Assembly: GCA_013289475.1 (NCBI GenBank)
Contig: JABCZW010000003.1
Location: forward strand, 17,845 to 81,844
Reading direction: 5' to 3'
Source: Bacteroidota bacterium
GTDB taxonomy: Bacteria > Bacteroidota > Bacteroidia > JABEUT01
DNA length: 64,000 nucleotides
Positions 50,251 to 62,406 of the stretch are shown here, piece after piece (the first letter of the stretch is position 1; each line of letters begins with the position of its first letter). The position numbers were made by a program, and so were the translations under genes. The notes below the pieces were generated by a model. It was not told the origin of the DNA, searched no databases, and saw nothing but the letters and a program-made list of their open reading frames with translations.

Positions 50251-53200
50251 TTATCTAGCAACAATAAACTTACCTCTCTGGGCAATTTTATCGGAAGTTT
50301 CAACGCAATATACGTAAAATCCAGCAGAAAGGTTCGATATATCTTCAGTAATAATGGTCTGAGAAGTAGGTAAATCATAGCTCTGAATCTTATTACCTAA
50401 TAAGTCATATACAACTAAAGTAGACATTGAATTATTATTAAGATTGTATTCAATTGTGAGCCTATTATTGGCAGGATTTGGATATAATTTAACATTACCT
50501 TGGGCAATAACATTCTCATTAGAACCATTTTGTTGATTGTTTTGCGATATAATGGCTCTATGACCACTACCACTATCAAGAATTGGCAATATAGTATCAT
50601 GGAAGCTTAACCCGTATACCTGCATTAGAATTGCTTGTGCATTTTTCGTACTCTGAGCCTGTATCGTCCTGTAAGCAATATTTGTCACAGTATCTATTTG
50701 CACACTATCCATTTGATAAACAGTTTTGCCTGAGTTCCCCAATTGAATTAAGACATTTGAAAGGGAGCAGAAATCATTCATAAGGCCGGTAGTTTGAATT
50801 TCACTAACTAAGCTTGAAGCAGCACTATATTGGCCCATGGATATATTAATATCAGCCTGTTCCGACATTGATTCAACCCCAGGAATTGTTGCAAGAAATA
50901 CTAAAGCACTATCCTGTCCATTTATCGTAGTATCTGCTAGGTAGGAACGAATAAGTCCATTGGCTGATATATCTTCCTGGAAAGCGTAATAACCAATGGC
51001 ATGTTCAAGTTGCCGTCTTCCTGATGGGCCACCGTCCTGAGCCGCTTCTATCTGTTCACGTACTGTGCCAGGGAGACTTAGAGCAAGTGCAGCCTGTATT
51101 ACCTGACCTGTAAGAGGAGAGTTAGGGATTAAAATATTCCTAAGTGTATCAGCTGGTAAAGAATCATGAATAGTTGCTAATAATAAGCTGTCGGAAAGAT
51201 AAGGGCTATGCGCTAATAAAGAATCTTGTATTTGTGCCGGTGTACCAGTGTGTAAAATACTGAATAACCTTGTGGCATTTCCGCTATCTATAACTGATTG
51301 CATTGAATCATGTTTTAGTTTTAAAGCCGAGTGATTACTAATACAGCATGAATAATGACCGCCACCACAACAGCTTACTAGTTGATCAGGACATGCATCC
51401 GTCGACCAATTAGTATATGTAACGCCAGCACAAGATGTCGGGGTAACCGGGGAGTTATAACAGCTCGCACCAGGTGTTGTCGCCGAATTAGTATGGTGAG
51501 TATAAGTAAAACTGTATGAACTACTATAGATATCAAAATCTCCACTGCAAGTTGATGTTGAAGGATAACTGAAAATATTTCCAGCTGGCGCTGATTCACA
51601 CAGAGTTGGGTAAGTAATACAACTTAGACAAGTACCTTGCTGATTTGCTACAGGAAATGTTGGATAGCCAATTTGTGGCATTGCTGAAATATCAATATTA
51701 TTGGTACTATTTGTATTACAACGTACCTGTAAGTATTGATTATCTCCTTGTGGTTGAATTGCAACACCGCCTGCTCGGTATTTATTCCCAATTAAATAAT
51801 AAGTCTGGAATGGAGTATAGTTACTTAATGTATTATTATTTACCACTTCATTTTCTGTAAATGAACCGTAATTCGAGTTTGTCACTACAATTCCGTATGC
51901 CCATATAGCTGATGTAGAAGTAAGAGAATTATCTTGCACACTATAATGGTGACAATTATTAAGAACAATCCCTGAAGGTGACCAACCTAATGGAGCAGGG
52001 CTAGAAGGTTGATGCAGCGCCTTATTAATAACAAACGTATTTGAATTTACCGACGAGTAAGAACTTCCAGATAATGTTACACTGGTATAATCATTGGTAA
52101 AGGTGTTAGCAGATATTGTTACGTTAATTGTAGGTATGGAAGTAGTTTGATAAATTGCTGTATATAAATCTGTAAAAGTATTATTGGTGGGGCTCAGATT
52201 ACTATTGTTGAGACTAATTCCGCTTGCAAGAGCATTAGATGCATTTAATGTACCCCAATACGTATTATCGACTAAAAATTTATTATTATTAATTGTCGCA
52301 GAATTACCCGTAATGCTCACAGAGTAATAAGGAAGCAGATGGTGCCCAATTGCGGCATTTTGAAGAAATTGGCTATTGGCTAAATTACTATTGCCACCGT
52401 ATGTTCCTCTTGGCATTATTTGTATCGATCTCCAATTATTTTGGAAAAGGGCACTATTGCTTGAAACCACGCTGCTTCCTGAAGTAGTTAGATCAGGGAT
52501 GTATTCAGCATTAAATCTAGCTGTTGTTACTCCATTTATAGCATTGGAAATCTGAGGAATTGTATTTGTTCCTCCAGGTCCGGTTATGGTTACTTTCCCT
52601 TGCACGGCTGCTGGAGGAATTTTCGTCACATCTCCACCAACCTCTATGCCTTGCCACATTGTGCCACCATTAACATTACCTGGTATTGCTGTAACGGTTC
52701 CAAAGATTTGAAGTTTACCACCGTTGGGATTAGATGGATTCACAATACTGCCACCCTGCTCTACTACAATTTTGCTGTCAAGGCCAGTTTCCAGTTTATC
52801 GGCAAAATAAGTTGTCGAGAGATTATCAACTATGACAGTAGCCCCTGGCTCAACGTCAACAACTCCTTCAATATTTCCAGTCAAATGGTATGGAGACATT
52901 GCAGGAGTTATTTGAATGTCCAATAGTGGGTCTATGGTCGACTCATTAATTTGAGATACAGCTGTGGTGCCTGTTGGAGGATATAATTTTAAAATTGCAT
53001 AGTCTTCATCATTCAGTTCATTATTCCCAGATAGAATAAATCCACCATCTGAAGTTACAGCAAATCCCCAATTACATTCTACAGCAGCATTAGGAGGGGT
53101 TGATGAATTATGACCCGCCCAAGCCCTATATTGTTGATTCCAAATTACATTAAGATTCTGATCTAATTTTACGATATCAACATTTACTCCAAACAATGTG

Positions 53201-56200
53201 GGTGATAATGTATTATGGGGGTTACCTGATCCACCTACAGATTGTGTCGGGCTTGGAAAATCAGGCGAAGCATACGACAGATTACCTGATACAGCTATTC
53301 CGTTATCAGATGGGGTATAAACAATTCGAGGCGTAAAGTCAATTCCATCAAATGGACCAACGTTAGCAATAGCTTCTAAATCTCCATAATAATCAACAAG
53401 CAAAAGAGCATCAGAAAATGTTTGATAGCTATCCGCATGTAAACCTGTTGGGTTTATCTGGGAGTAAAAAGTCCCACCATAACCACTGTAAACTTGCTGA
53501 AAATCACAAGCAGCATTTATGACCAAAATACTATATGAGGGAACCCACATTATATTCATTCCCCAATCTACATTAGATGCTGTATTAGATATGCCATTAT
53601 CAGATTTGTATCTTGTTTTGCTTGGGTCATATCCCATTCCCAATATGGTAGAGTGAGGATAAACAAACTGCTGAGGAGAGTTACCATGTTGATCGGTTAT
53701 TAATAAATAAATTTCATCAGTCGGATTAGGATTAAATCTAGTTGGAGAAGGTTTTACCCAGCCTGTTAAAGCATATTGATTGTATGTAAATGTTCCCGTT
53801 GGGGGAATAACTTCAACATCACTAGGAGTTGTCGGATATCCATTATACTGATATGTTTGATAGCCATTATTACCAAATGATGCATCCAGATTAAGAGTAG
53901 CATCTAATTTTAATAAACCTGCTTTCCCTCCTTGTTCATTAGTGGCTATAATAAATCCATCAAGAGTGCCACTATTGTAAACGGCCCTTAATCCTTGATA
54001 TTCACCAAAACCAGTATTATAGCTAGAGTTAAATGAAGAACTTCGCTGAATTCCAGATGAAGTATTATAGTAGTAATAAGGACTTCCATTTAAAACTGTA
54101 CCATCTGTCGTACTAACTTCAACTACAAATACATTTTGATTGTATATTGAGGGTGAGGGGTTATAGACTTTCTCTCCTGCTATCAATATAGTATGTGAAG
54201 CATCAGTAGATTCAGTTGTTCTCCAAAAATATCCTTGATTACTACCGGTCTCACCTTGCTGATACACTTGCTCCCAAAGCCATTTGCCATTTGCGTCAAA
54301 TTTAGCTGCTACTGGTTCCCACGTATAATAAGGATTGGTTTCCGTATAACCACATGCTATGTACCCTCCCTCAGCAAGAGGAACAATGTCGTAGAACCAG
54401 TTCTCTCCACCCGTTGTAGAAGCTGCATTAGGAAATAACAGACCCGAAGCATTTGTGTATTGAGGAATATTTGTATACTGCCATTGTATAATAGGCACGT
54501 TTGCAGTACCTAAACCAGTTGCTCTATGAGTTCCATAAATTGAGACTCCGAAATATTTATTGGCCAGTGAGCAACTATTGCAACCTGTCACGTTTCCATT
54601 CTTAATATTAATGGTATAGGTTTGCCCAGGAGTTAATCCAGATGCTTTCACTGAAGGGTTTAAACCAATAATTGCGGGTACCGTATCCGAAGCAATAAGG
54701 CTTAAGCCGCCACAACTACCACTATATAGTTGCAATACATTAATATTTGCAACTGGAGTATCTGCTGCATTAAAGGGGTGGGTAAAATCAATAATCATAT
54801 TAGCAGAGTCGGCCGTAAAGGAAAACCACTCATTACTCTGACCAGGTGAGAAAGAATAATCTACTGGAGAGAATGAAGCAGTAGGGCTAATTATGTTAGC
54901 GCTTGCACATGTATTAGCTTGGCAATTACTTACTAATAATGACTGCGAAGCAGTTGCAGTACAGCCGTAACTATTTGTACCAGTTATCGAATATGTAGTG
55001 GTTGAAGTAGGAGAAACAACAATTGGGTTAGATGTTGCACTTGTACTCCATAAATATGTTGAAGCACCACTGGCAGTTAATGAATCAGAACTACCTGAAC
55101 ATATTCCATATAATGAAGGCGTTATTGTCACAGTAGGAGTAGGATTTACTGTCACCACAACCGTTTGTTGATAGGTACAACCATTCGAGAGAGTTCCTGT
55201 TACAGTATATGTTGTAGTTGAAGTAGGATTAGCCGTGACAGTTGCACCTATTGTTGTATTCAATCCTGTTGATGGTACCCATGAATAAGTACTCGATCCA
55301 CTTGCAGTAAGCGTGGTTGAGTTCCCGCTACAGATAGTTGCAGAACTTGGCGATATAACTGGTTTTGCTCCACTATATGCTGCTACGTAATTTACGCCTG
55401 ATGGAGGAGGCGCAAATTGCCCGCCTGCATAGAGAACTCCATTGGTTGCAGTTAATGCAAAAACATCGCTATTAAGTACACCGCTGCCTGTTGATAAGGC
55501 TGACCAGGCTGAACCGTTCCACTCGGCAGTAAAGTTAACACTAACCCCGCCAGCATCCTGGAAATCGCCGCCCGCTATAATGTTGCCGTTAAAATTCGTC
55601 AGTGCATATACGTTGGCATTATCTCCATTATTGACTGTCATCCCACTGTTGCCACCATTACTTAATTTACTCCATGCTGAACCCGTTGTACTCCATGAGG
55701 CTATGTTATTAAAGCCTGATGAGCCTCCTGCATTATTAAAATCACCTCCTACATATAAAGTAGTTCCATTTGAAGTTAATGCCATAACAGGTGCATCATA
55801 AGCAGCAGAAGCAACACCTGCCGGGCTTATTATAGTCGTACTGCTAACTCCTGTATTGCCCCCTGATGTCAGGGTTGTCCAGTTGGAGCCCGTCCATTCC
55901 ACGATATTGTTTACTGTTGTTCCATTTGCTGTATTAAACTTTCCACCTGCATATAAATTACCATTGCACATTGTTAATGCATAAACTGGTCCGCTTACCC
56001 CTGCACTGCCACCTGATGGTGTTAAAGTTGACCATGCAGATGAACCGGTATTCCATGAAGCGATGTAATTAGAAGTAGTCCCATTTGCGGTTGTAAATTG
56101 TCCACCTGCATATAGTGTTGAGCCATTAATGGTTAAAGCATTTACTGTTCCATTGGTACCGGAGCCCATTGCTGACCAAGAAGATGAACTTGTGTTCCAC

Positions 56201-58815
56201 ACTGCTATATTATTAACTGTAGTGGTACCTGCTTTGGTAAAGCTTCCACCTACATAAATGTTTGAACCACTAACTGCTATGGCATAAATTGTTCCATTAA
56301 CGTACCCAAGATTTGACCAAGCAGAACCGTTCCATTTCAATACATAATTATTTGCTCCACAGTTACCGTAGTTAATACCAACATACAAATTGGAACCATC
56401 AGGACATAATGCATATGCCATATCGCAAGTTCCTCCGTTCATCTGTGTCCATTGCGCCGCCGGCTGGGTTATTGTTTCTGAAGCAGTGGTTGTGCAACCT
56501 ACATTATCGGTTACTGTAGCAATATAAATTCCCGCAGCAAGACTTGTCGCGGTAGCGTTTGTCTGAACAGGTGATGTATTCCATGAATAGGTATAAGGTG
56601 ATGTTCCTCCACTTGGGGTAGCTGTTGCACTTCCATTATTACTTCCTGCACAGGTTACATTAGTACCTGAAGCACTTGCTGAAAAAGAAGGATCAACAGT
56701 TACAATAACGGATGCAGTATTTACACAACCGTTAGCGTTTGTTCCGGTTACTGTATATGTTTTAGTCGATGTAGGATTTGCTGTTACAGTAGCTCCTGTT
56801 GTTGCGCTCAATCCGGTAGAGGGGCTCCAGGTATATGTGCTGGCTCCGGATGCCGTTAGTGAACTTGAACTACCATAACATATTGTGGGTGCTGATGGAG
56901 ACACAGATATTGTTGGCAATAGGTTTACTGTTACAACAACAGTTTGTGTGTTTACACAACCATTTGAGTTTGTTCCTGTTACTGTATAAGTTATCGTCGA
57001 AGAAGGATTCGCAGTCACCGTTGCACCTGTTGTAGCCGTAAGATTAGTATTTGATGCCCATGTATAAGTACTTGCTCCTGATGCTGTCAACGAAGTTGAG
57101 CTTCCTATACATATAGAAGGAGCAGAAGGAGATACAGATACAGTTGGTAATGAGTTTACTGTTACTACAACTGTTTGTGTATTTGTACAACCATTAGAAG
57201 CTGTACCGGTTACTGTATATGTTTTAGTTGAAGTAGGGTTTGCGGTTACAGTTGCTCCGGTAGTTGCACTTAGATTAGTATTCGGTGCCCATGTATATGT
57301 ACTTGCTCCGCTTGCAGTAAGTGAGGTTGATCCTCCGATACAATATGCTGCAGAGGAAGGAGATATTGATACTGTAGGTGATGTGTTTATAGTTACGCTT
57401 ACTGAAAGCCTTGATGTGCTTTCACATCCACTTACAGTTTGGCTGGCATAATATGTAGTTCCATTGGTTAAAGCGGTTGAAGTTGCCAATGATGAGCCGC
57501 CACTGGATGCAGCATACCATAAAATAGAAGAACCTGTTGCAGTTAAACTTGAAATTGTAGCACTTGTTGCGCTACAAAAAACTTGTGGCGTACTGCCGGT
57601 TGGTGCAGAAGGTATCGCATTGATAATAATTGCACCTGATACCGCACTAGTTGCTGCTGAGCAAGGTGAAGCTCCGCTTACAATACAATAGTAATATAGT
57701 GTGCCTGCTGTTGACGTCGAAGGTGTATAATTGCTTGAGGTTGCTCCACTGATAGATGTGCCACCACTATTTGAACTGGATGTATTTTTGTACCATTGGT
57801 AAGTTAATGAAGTACCTGTTGCGGTTACTGACATAACTGATGCTGTGGCATTCTGACATATAGTTTGTGTGCCTGTGGACTGAGAACTTATGGATGGTGG
57901 TGCATTTATAACTATTGCTCCCGATACACTACTGGTAACAGGACAGCCTCCTTGTGATTCAACTATACAATAATAATACAGTGTGCCTGCTGTCGAAGTT
58001 GAAGGTGTATAACTGCTTGAAGTTGCTCCGCTAATTGATGTTCCTCCGCTATTGGAATTACTGGTATTGCTATACCACTGATATGTTAAGGTTGTTCCTG
58101 TTGCAGTTACTGAAAGTGCTGTTGCAGAACCACTCTGGCATATAGTTTGTGTTGAGGCAGATGGTTGAGTGGTAATATTTGGATTTGAACAAGCTGGGGT
58201 AACTGTTACCTGAACTGCCATTGGAAGTTTATCAATGGTTCCGGTTTCGCTACCCAAGGCTGAAGATGTGTTTGCTGTGGATTCCCAGTATTCATCTGCA
58301 TTTCCAGATACAGTATAATAATAGAGTATTGGATTATTTGCACAAGTAACTGTAGTACCCCAATCACATTCAACTAAAATTTCTAAGTTGTTAGATGAGT
58401 ATGTAAAATTAGTACCCAATGTTACAGTATGCCAGCCACTACTTGTAAATGAAACATTACCGGAATAAACCAATGTCGCCCCTGAAGTTGCACTTGTCCA
58501 GCTACCTGCACTTAAAGTACTTGATGAAGTAGATTTCATGTATATCTTAACCGGAATACTGGTTTGCGATCCTGATATTTGATCGAATGCAACTGTTGAG
58601 ATAGTACCAAAAGCAAGTGAACTGCTAGGATAAATACATGCTTCTGCGGTATACTTTGCATCGCAAATATCTACTGGCGCATAGGTACCATTTGAGCACG
58701 AACTGCATGAAGAACTTGGAAGGGAATAAGTTGTTTGAGCAAAATCTGTTTTGCTAAATAATAAGCTGCATAGGGCTAAGCTTATGGAAATAAATCTTAA
58801 TGTGGAGTTCTTCAT
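50251..58815 (-). CDS. Giant (2854 aa) multidomain T9SS-secreted surface protein / adhesin
   Basis: Signal peptide; Ig-like repeats (LTYQWY...YYYCIV), PKD-like repeats ([19 protein letters not shown]), one SprB repeat, YVGGxF propeller repeats, beta-helix-like Asn-rich region, C-terminal KLYPNPA...GKFIVAR. Confidence 0.9.
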   Translation of the reverse strand: MKNSTLRFISISLALCSLLFSKTDFAQTTYSLPSSSCSSCSNGTYAPVDICDAKYTAEACIYPSSSLAFGTISTVAFDQISGSQTSIPVKIYMKSTSSSTLSAGSWTSATSGATLVYSGNVSFTSSGWHTVTLGTNFTYSSNNLEILVECDWGTTVTCANNPILYYYTVSGNADEYWESTANTSSALGSETGTIDKLPMAVQVTVTPACSNPNITTQPSASTQTICQSGSATALSVTATGTTLTYQWYSNTSNSNSGGTSISGATSSSYTPSTSTAGTLYYYCIVESQGGCPVTSSVSGAIVINAPPSISSQSTGTQTICQNATASVMSVTATGTSLTYQWYKNTSSSNSGGTSISGATSSNYTPSTSTAGTLYYYCIVSGASPCSAATSAVSGAIIINAIPSAPTGSTPQVFCSATSATISSLTATGSSILWYAASSGGSSLATSTALTNGTTYYASQTVSGCESTSRLSVSVTINTSPTVSISPSSAAYCIGGSTSLTASGASTYTWAPNTNLSATTGATVTANPTSTKTYTVTGTASNGCTNTQTVVVTVNSLPTVSVSPSAPSICIGSSTSLTASGASTYTWASNTNLTATTGATVTANPSSTITYTVTGTNSNGCVNTQTVVVTVNLLPTISVSPSAPTICYGSSSSLTASGASTYTWSPSTGLSATTGATVTANPTSTKTYTVTGTNANGCVNTASVIVTVDPSFSASASGTNVTCAGSNNGSATATPSGGTSPYTYSWNTSPVQTNATATSLAAGIYIATVTDNVGCTTTASETITQPAAQWTQMNGGTCDMAYALCPDGSNLYVGINYGNCGANNYVLKWNGSAWSNLGYVNGTIYAIAVSGSNIYVGGSFTKAGTTTVNNIAVWNTSSSSWSAMGSGTNGTVNALTINGSTLYAGGQFTTANGTTSNYIASWNTGSSAWSTLTPSGGSAGVSGPVYALTMCNGNLYAGGKFNTANGTTVNNIVEWTGSNWTTLTSGGNTGVSSTTIISPAGVASAAYDAPVMALTSNGTTLYVGGDFNNAGGSSGFNNIASWSTTGSAWSKLSNGGNSGMTVNNGDNANVYALTNFNGNIIAGGDFQDAGGVSVNFTAEWNGSAWSALSTGSGVLNSDVFALTATNGVLYAGGQFAPPPSGVNYVAAYSGAKPVISPSSATICSGNSTTLTASGSSTYSWVPSTGLNTTIGATVTANPTSTTTYTVTGTLSNGCTYQQTVVVTVNPTPTVTITPSLYGICSGSSDSLTASGASTYLWSTSATSNPIVVSPTSTTTYSITGTNSYGCTATASQSLLVSNCQANTCASANIISPTASFSPVDYSFSPGQSNEWFSFTADSANMIIDFTHPFNAADTPVANINVLQLYSGSCGGLSLIASDTVPAIIGLNPSVKASGLTPGQTYTINIKNGNVTGCNSCSLANKYFGVSIYGTHRATGLGTANVPIIQWQYTNIPQYTNASGLLFPNAASTTGGENWFYDIVPLAEGGYIACGYTETNPYYTWEPVAAKFDANGKWLWEQVYQQGETGSNQGYFWRTTESTDASHTILIAGEKVYNPSPSIYNQNVFVVEVSTTDGTVLNGSPYYYYNTSSGIQRSSSFNSSYNTGFGEYQGLRAVYNSGTLDGFIIATNEQGGKAGLLKLDATLNLDASFGNNGYQTYQYNGYPTTPSDVEVIPPTGTFTYNQYALTGWVKPSPTRFNPNPTDEIYLLITDQHGNSPQQFVYPHSTILGMGYDPSKTRYKSDNGISNTASNVDWGMNIMWVPSYSILVINAACDFQQVYSGYGGTFYSQINPTGLHADSYQTFSDALLLVDYYGDLEAIANVGPFDGIDFTPRIVYTPSDNGIAVSGNLSYASPDFPSPTQSVGGSGNPHNTLSPTLFGVNVDIVKLDQNLNVIWNQQYRAWAGHNSSTPPNAAVECNWGFAVTSDGGFILSGNNELNDEDYAILKLYPPTGTTAVSQINESTIDPLLDIQITPAMSPYHLTGNIEGVVDVEPGATVIVDNLSTTYFADKLETGLDSKIVVEQGGSIVNPSNPNGGKLQIFGTVTAIPGNVNGGTMWQGIEVGGDVTKIPPAAVQGKVTITGPGGTNTIPQISNAINGVTTARFNAEYIPDLTTSGSSVVSSNSALFQNNWRSIQIMPRGTYGGNSNLANSQFLQNAAIGHHLLPYYSVSITGNSATINNNKFLVDNTYWGTLNASNALASGISLNNSNLSPTNNTFTDLYTAIYQTTSIPTINVTISANTFTNDYTSVTLSGSSYSSVNSNTFVINKALHQPSSPAPLGWSPSGIVLNNCHHYSVQDNSLTSTSAIWAYGIVVTNSNYGSFTENEVVNNNTLSNYTPFQTYYLIGNKYRAGGVAIQPQGDNQYLQVRCNTNSTNNIDISAMPQIGYPTFPVANQQGTCLSCITYPTLCESAPAGNIFSYPSTSTCSGDFDIYSSSYSFTYTHHTNSATTPGASCYNSPVTPTSCAGVTYTNWSTDACPDQLVSCCGGGHYSCCISNHSALKLKHDSMQSVIDSGNATRLFSILHTGTPAQIQDSLLAHSPYLSDSLLLATIHDSLPADTLRNILIPNSPLTGQVIQAALALSLPGTVREQIEAAQDGGPSGRRQLEHAIGYYAFQEDISANGLIRSYLADTTINGQDSALVFLATIPGVESMSEQADINISMGQYSAASSLVSEIQTTGLMNDFCSLSNVLIQLGNSGKTVYQMDSVQIDTVTNIAYRTIQAQSTKNAQAILMQVYGLSFHDTILPILDSGSGHRAIISQNNQQNGSNENVIAQGNVKLYPNPANNRLTIEYNLNNNSMSTLVVYDLLGNKIQSYDLPTSQTIITEDISNLSAGFYVYCVETSDKIAQRGKFIVAR

Positions 58816-58890
58816 GGTGATGGTTTTAATTGGTAGCTATTAAATATGAATTTGTGGTTGCTTTGGAAATGCAGAAGGTGTTTTTAGGCA

Positions 58891-58953
58891 AAAAGATTGC
58901 AGATTCCTGCTGTGAATGCGCACAACAGAGCAAAAGCTGTAAGGCAATCTTTT
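58891..58953 (-). promoter_or_regulatory. Inverted repeat (aaaagattgc / gcaatctttt) in the 5' leader of the giant T9SS gene
   Basis: 10-bp perfect arms at 58891-58900 and 58944-58953 enclosing 43 nt. Confidence 0.45.
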
Positions 58954-59326
58954 ATTAGTTCTTTCTTTTAACAAAATTAAGCGTGGTCAAGCTTGTCCTA
59001 TCCAAAAATTAAAACCAAGCCTGTAGATTTCTAGGAGTTAATTTTTACAAGTATAGGAAAGAAATTTGAAATAAAGATGAAGTGACGGTTATTTCTTTCA
59101 AAACATCCATTAAGTACGTCAAATTTGTATTATCCTTAATAGAGAATTACTATTAAAGCATAGTTACGGACGGGCCAGCCCTACTATTAGCTCATCGGGG
59201 CTTATTTATAAATCTTATTTTTTACATCTATAGCGCGGAAAAACAGAATTGGTGTGCACTTTTGGTGTGCGCTTTTGTATGGTTTTTGCTCTCTTTTGCA
59301 TAATTTTGTCTTGAATTCATTGATAA

Positions 59327-59348
59327 TGAGTAGAATTGATTCTACTCA
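59327..59348. repeat. 22-bp palindrome tgagtagaat-tg-attctactca
   Basis: Perfect 10-bp arms with a 2-nt spacer, 13 bp past the hydrolase stop codon. Confidence 0.75.
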
Positions 59349-59361
59349 GAGATGACATCTA

Positions 59362-60510
59362 TTATTTTTTCAGAAGTTCAGCTAATACCTTTTTGCCATT
59401 TTCATTTTTAGGGTTTAGCTCAACTGATTTTTGGTACATTTTAATAGCTTCACCCTTTTGGTTGCTCTGTAGAAGAGCATCCCCATAGCTATCATAAGCA
59501 TTCCAACTCGAAGGATATAAAGTAACAAGCAGTTTAAACATTTCTAAGGCCTTTGCATAATTCCCTCTTGCTAATAACATATATCCCCAATTATTCAGAC
59601 TGTATTCCGAATGGTCAGCTTCTACCATCGTACTTGATGCGTTAATGGCATAATCCAATGCGCGTTTATCAATCTTGCTTTTCTTATCATCATCACAGGT
59701 TTCAGCATACGACCTTGCAACAGTGCATATTATTAAACCTGGATTATCGCCCCATATATAATGTCCGCACCCGTGAGCAGTAATCTCAATGCTTTTATGA
59801 CGATTAGCAACAAATTTTTTGTGGCATTCTCTCCATCTCTCCATATCTGCTGTATCATCTTGGGGTGGTACTCCGCTTGTGAAAAGTACCACCGGGATAC
59901 TTTGAGGTATGGTCATAGTGCTCATCAGTTTTGACGTTTTTGGGAAATTTACTGCTGTATAATACTGCCACCAATCATGGCTTGCTTTGCTTTCTTTTGC
60001 CGCTTCCTCACCTTCTATGGTATCTTTTTTTGTTAGTTTATCGTAAAAATTCAGATTGACATCAATCAGCACAATAGATTTTACAAGGTCAGGGTGTTTA
60101 ACGGAATAAAGGGTTGAATAATATCCCCCATACGAATGCGAAACCAACATTATTTGCTTGTCATAACCCAATTTTTTCAGTGCATTCTCCAAATCAGCAA
60201 ATTCGTCAAGTATTCCGTGTTTCATTGAATCTGCCGGCAAGGTGTCAATAGTGCTTTTACCACAACCTGCCCTGTCATAAGTAATTAATGTGGCGCCGAT
60301 TATTTCTGAAATGGGCTTTATAAGCGTATCCCAACGCGACCCATCATCGCCCGCACCCGATTCAAATAGGATAGGCATTCCCTGTCCTTTAGTTATTCTA
60401 AAATGCAGGCTGTGGTTCCCGACATTCACTAACGTGTCAATAGTTTGTGATTTGCTTTCTTGAACATACAAGAGCAAGGAAATTAAGAAGACATTCAATA
60501 GTAATTTCAT
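59362..60510 (-). CDS. Secreted alpha/beta hydrolase with C-terminal TPR domain
   Basis: ILFESGAG, YDRAGCGKS, nucleophile elbow SHSYGG, GHYIW; C-terminal LNNWGY..YPSSWNAYDSYGDA..KSVELNP TPR. Confidence 0.88.
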   Translation of the reverse strand: MKLLLNVFLISLLLYVQESKSQTIDTLVNVGNHSLHFRITKGQGMPILFESGAGDDGSRWDTLIKPISEIIGATLITYDRAGCGKSTIDTLPADSMKHGILDEFADLENALKKLGYDKQIMLVSHSYGGYYSTLYSVKHPDLVKSIVLIDVNLNFYDKLTKKDTIEGEEAAKESKASHDWWQYYTAVNFPKTSKLMSTMTIPQSIPVVLFTSGVPPQDDTADMERWRECHKKFVANRHKSIEITAHGCGHYIWGDNPGLIICTVARSYAETCDDDKKSKIDKRALDYAINASSTMVEADHSEYSLNNWGYMLLARGNYAKALEMFKLLVTLYPSSWNAYDSYGDALLQSNQKGEAIKMYQKSVELNPKNENGKKVLAELLKK

Positions 60511-60602
60511 TTTCCTGATTTTTATTTTTACAAGTGCCGAATTACTCCGAAAAAGGAAGGAGCAAGAATTGTAAAATTAACTTTTCTAAAATAGTGCAAT
60601 CG

Positions 60603-61373
60603 TTATACTACAATGTACTGGATTATCCCCATCCCCTGAAAATTCTTATTATAACCAGTGGCTTCCAGTTTCAGAAAAAAACCGCACCCCGGAGGAACTT
60701 GGATTTCTTCTGTCAGGGTATTAGAAGAGATATTAGCATTGTATGGGCCGGCGTCTATAAATATAGGACTTTCCGATGCTACACCTGTCAGGCTATTTAC
60801 TATTCTATATCTTAGATTGAAGTCAGCGAGATTATTATTTTGGATAGTGATGCGTTGGAGGCGAATTGTTTTTCCCGCCACATTTTTAATTTCTGTTTCC
60901 TGAAACCCTTTGAGTTCATCACGTGCGTTTATTTTCAGTGCACCGGCAGTTGGCTCTTTGAACGCGTCGCATTCTTCCAGGTAGCTTCTCATTTCTTTAA
61001 AATCATCACCAAATATATTCCTGCTGAATTCATGTGCCCGTTGCAGCATCTTTATATATGGCAGGGGATCGGATTTTCTTGAGAGGCTTCTCAAGGCAAC
61101 TATATAATCCTCTCTAAATACAGTAGGAATAATAATCTTAGCCTGATACTGCGCGGACAATTCAGCATTCATCATGATTCTTGCCAGACGCCCATTACCA
61201 TCAAGGAAAGGATGCACCTCACTTATCAGGAACATCATGTATGCTGCTTTTGCGAAAGGATGGCGCAGAGCCACATAATAATCAAAGCCCTTTATCAATG
61301 TTCCAGTTACCAGGTTAAAATCCACAAACTGTGTTCCACCGGCAAAATTGTTCTTGTCCTTAAATTGCCCACC
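60603..61373 (-). pseudogene. Fic-domain protein, 5'-truncated
   Basis: Canonical HPFLDGNGRLAR motif; Fic-like sequence starts abruptly at GGQFKDKNNFAG; the 60 nt up to ATG 61433 are antisense of another pseudogene. Confidence 0.7.
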
Positions 61374-61684
61374 TAAGTACCTTAAAACAACTTCTGGCAA
61401 TAGGCTGAAGGCTTTGTGACTTAATGGAAACATTATTATACACCGCAGATGAATGGCTCGTATAGTATCAAGGAAGTTTTACCAGCATTAGTGCCATTGT
61501 TATCCTAAGAGCATTTACAGATTGGTAACGGGGCTCAAGTACCACCTTTTATAATCTACGATTTGAAAAGGATATGGAAAAGGTAAAAGAAATACGAAAG
61601 AACCTTCTTGGCTACTGCGAGTTGGATACTCTTGCTATGGCAAAGTTACTTGATAAGCTTTATAATGTTTACAGCTTAAGGTAA
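61372..61684 (+). pseudogene. Decayed 3' fragment of a DUF2779-type (RNase H-like fold) gene
   Basis: Manual translation across frameshifts: PKYLK/QLLAI/RLCDLM/HYYTPQMNGSYSIKEVLPALVPLLS*EHLQIGNG/KEIRKNLLGYCELDTLAM; in-frame TAA at 61506-61508. Not in the ORF track. Confidence 0.75.
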
Positions 61685-61692
61685 TATTCCAA

Positions 61693-62004
61693 TTATCGAT
61701 TGAATTTGTATGGAGACTGTTGGTAAAGCTCGTGAATTAGCATTGCGAGTAGAAAATTAGACCATTTATATAGCCAGTATTCATTGCAGATTATATACTC
61801 ATACATTTCATGAGGGCTATCAAGTGTTAACCAGTCGTCCGGATTTTCATCATAAGGAGAGAGATCTAATGTTTCCTTAACATACGAAGCAAAATGTTCA
61901 ACTGCTTGGGGCAGGATAAAGTCCCATTGTTCGGTTTTCATAATATTTACAATTTTAGGATTTTGATAGATTTGATTTTCTCTTGAATTCAAAGTGTTGC
62001 TCAA
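61693..62004 (-). CDS. Hypothetical phage/MGE-like protein (start uncertain, possibly ATG 61941)
   Basis: Acidic small ORF co-oriented with neighbouring small ORFs. Confidence 0.5.
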   Translation of the reverse strand: MSNTLNSRENQIYQNPKIVNIMKTEQWDFILPQAVEHFASYVKETLDLSPYDENPDDWLTLDSPHEMYEYIICNEYWLYKWSNFLLAMLIHELYQQSPYKFNR

Positions 62005-62230
62005 CCAGTTCTCCTACCTGAAATTTGAATAAAAACTTCGCAGCATCTTCATCATCATCAACATTCATATCTTGATATTCTCCTGCTAATGCTACGGTTC
62101 CATCTAATAAAATACATACCCATTCATCTCCTCGAACCATCTCCATATACCAAGGATCATACAACCTATCGACTTTATCAATCGCTAATTCTAAGGCTTC
62201 CTTCTCTGTCAACGTGACTTTGTTTTTCAT
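61955..62230 (-). CDS. Hypothetical phage/MGE-like protein
   Basis: 91-aa acidic ORF with an A-rich Bacteroidota-type leader (aaacaaacatatcATG). Confidence 0.55.
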   Translation of the reverse strand: MKNKVTLTEKEALELAIDKVDRLYDPWYMEMVRGDEWVCILLDGTVALAGEYQDMNVDDDEDAAKFLFKFQVGELVEQHFEFKRKSNLSKS

Positions 62231-62406
62231 GATATGTTTGTTTATCAGTTACTATAGTTAAATTCCCTTTAAGCGCCTTTATGCCACGTGACAATCTATT
62301 TGCTCGACTGTATGACCGGGATACTTCTTGTAAATGCCCATAACAATCTTTTCCCACTCCTTCATCGGGCATTTCATCCCTCATCATGGCACACCATCTG
62401 GATTAA

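Noticed and set aside
55000..58200. Tandem DNA repeats in the giant gene as a DGR or non-coding array
   Set aside because: They are in-frame Ig/PKD protein repeats; no reverse transcriptase in the window and no adenine-specific variation noticed.
59175..59194. ccagccctactattagctca as an inverted third copy of the tRNA-like repeat
   Set aside because: The match is short and needs a 4-nt gap, and the D arm is not completed; could be chance.
60534..61082. + strand ORFs 60534-60815, 60658-60903, 60840-61082 as a Fic antitoxin
   Set aside because: They are antisense to the Fic frame and lack an (S/T)xxxE(G/N) inhibitory motif.
62178..62387. 69-aa - strand ORF
   Set aside because: It overlaps the next gene's start; an alternative frame (62279-62365) looks more protein-like.
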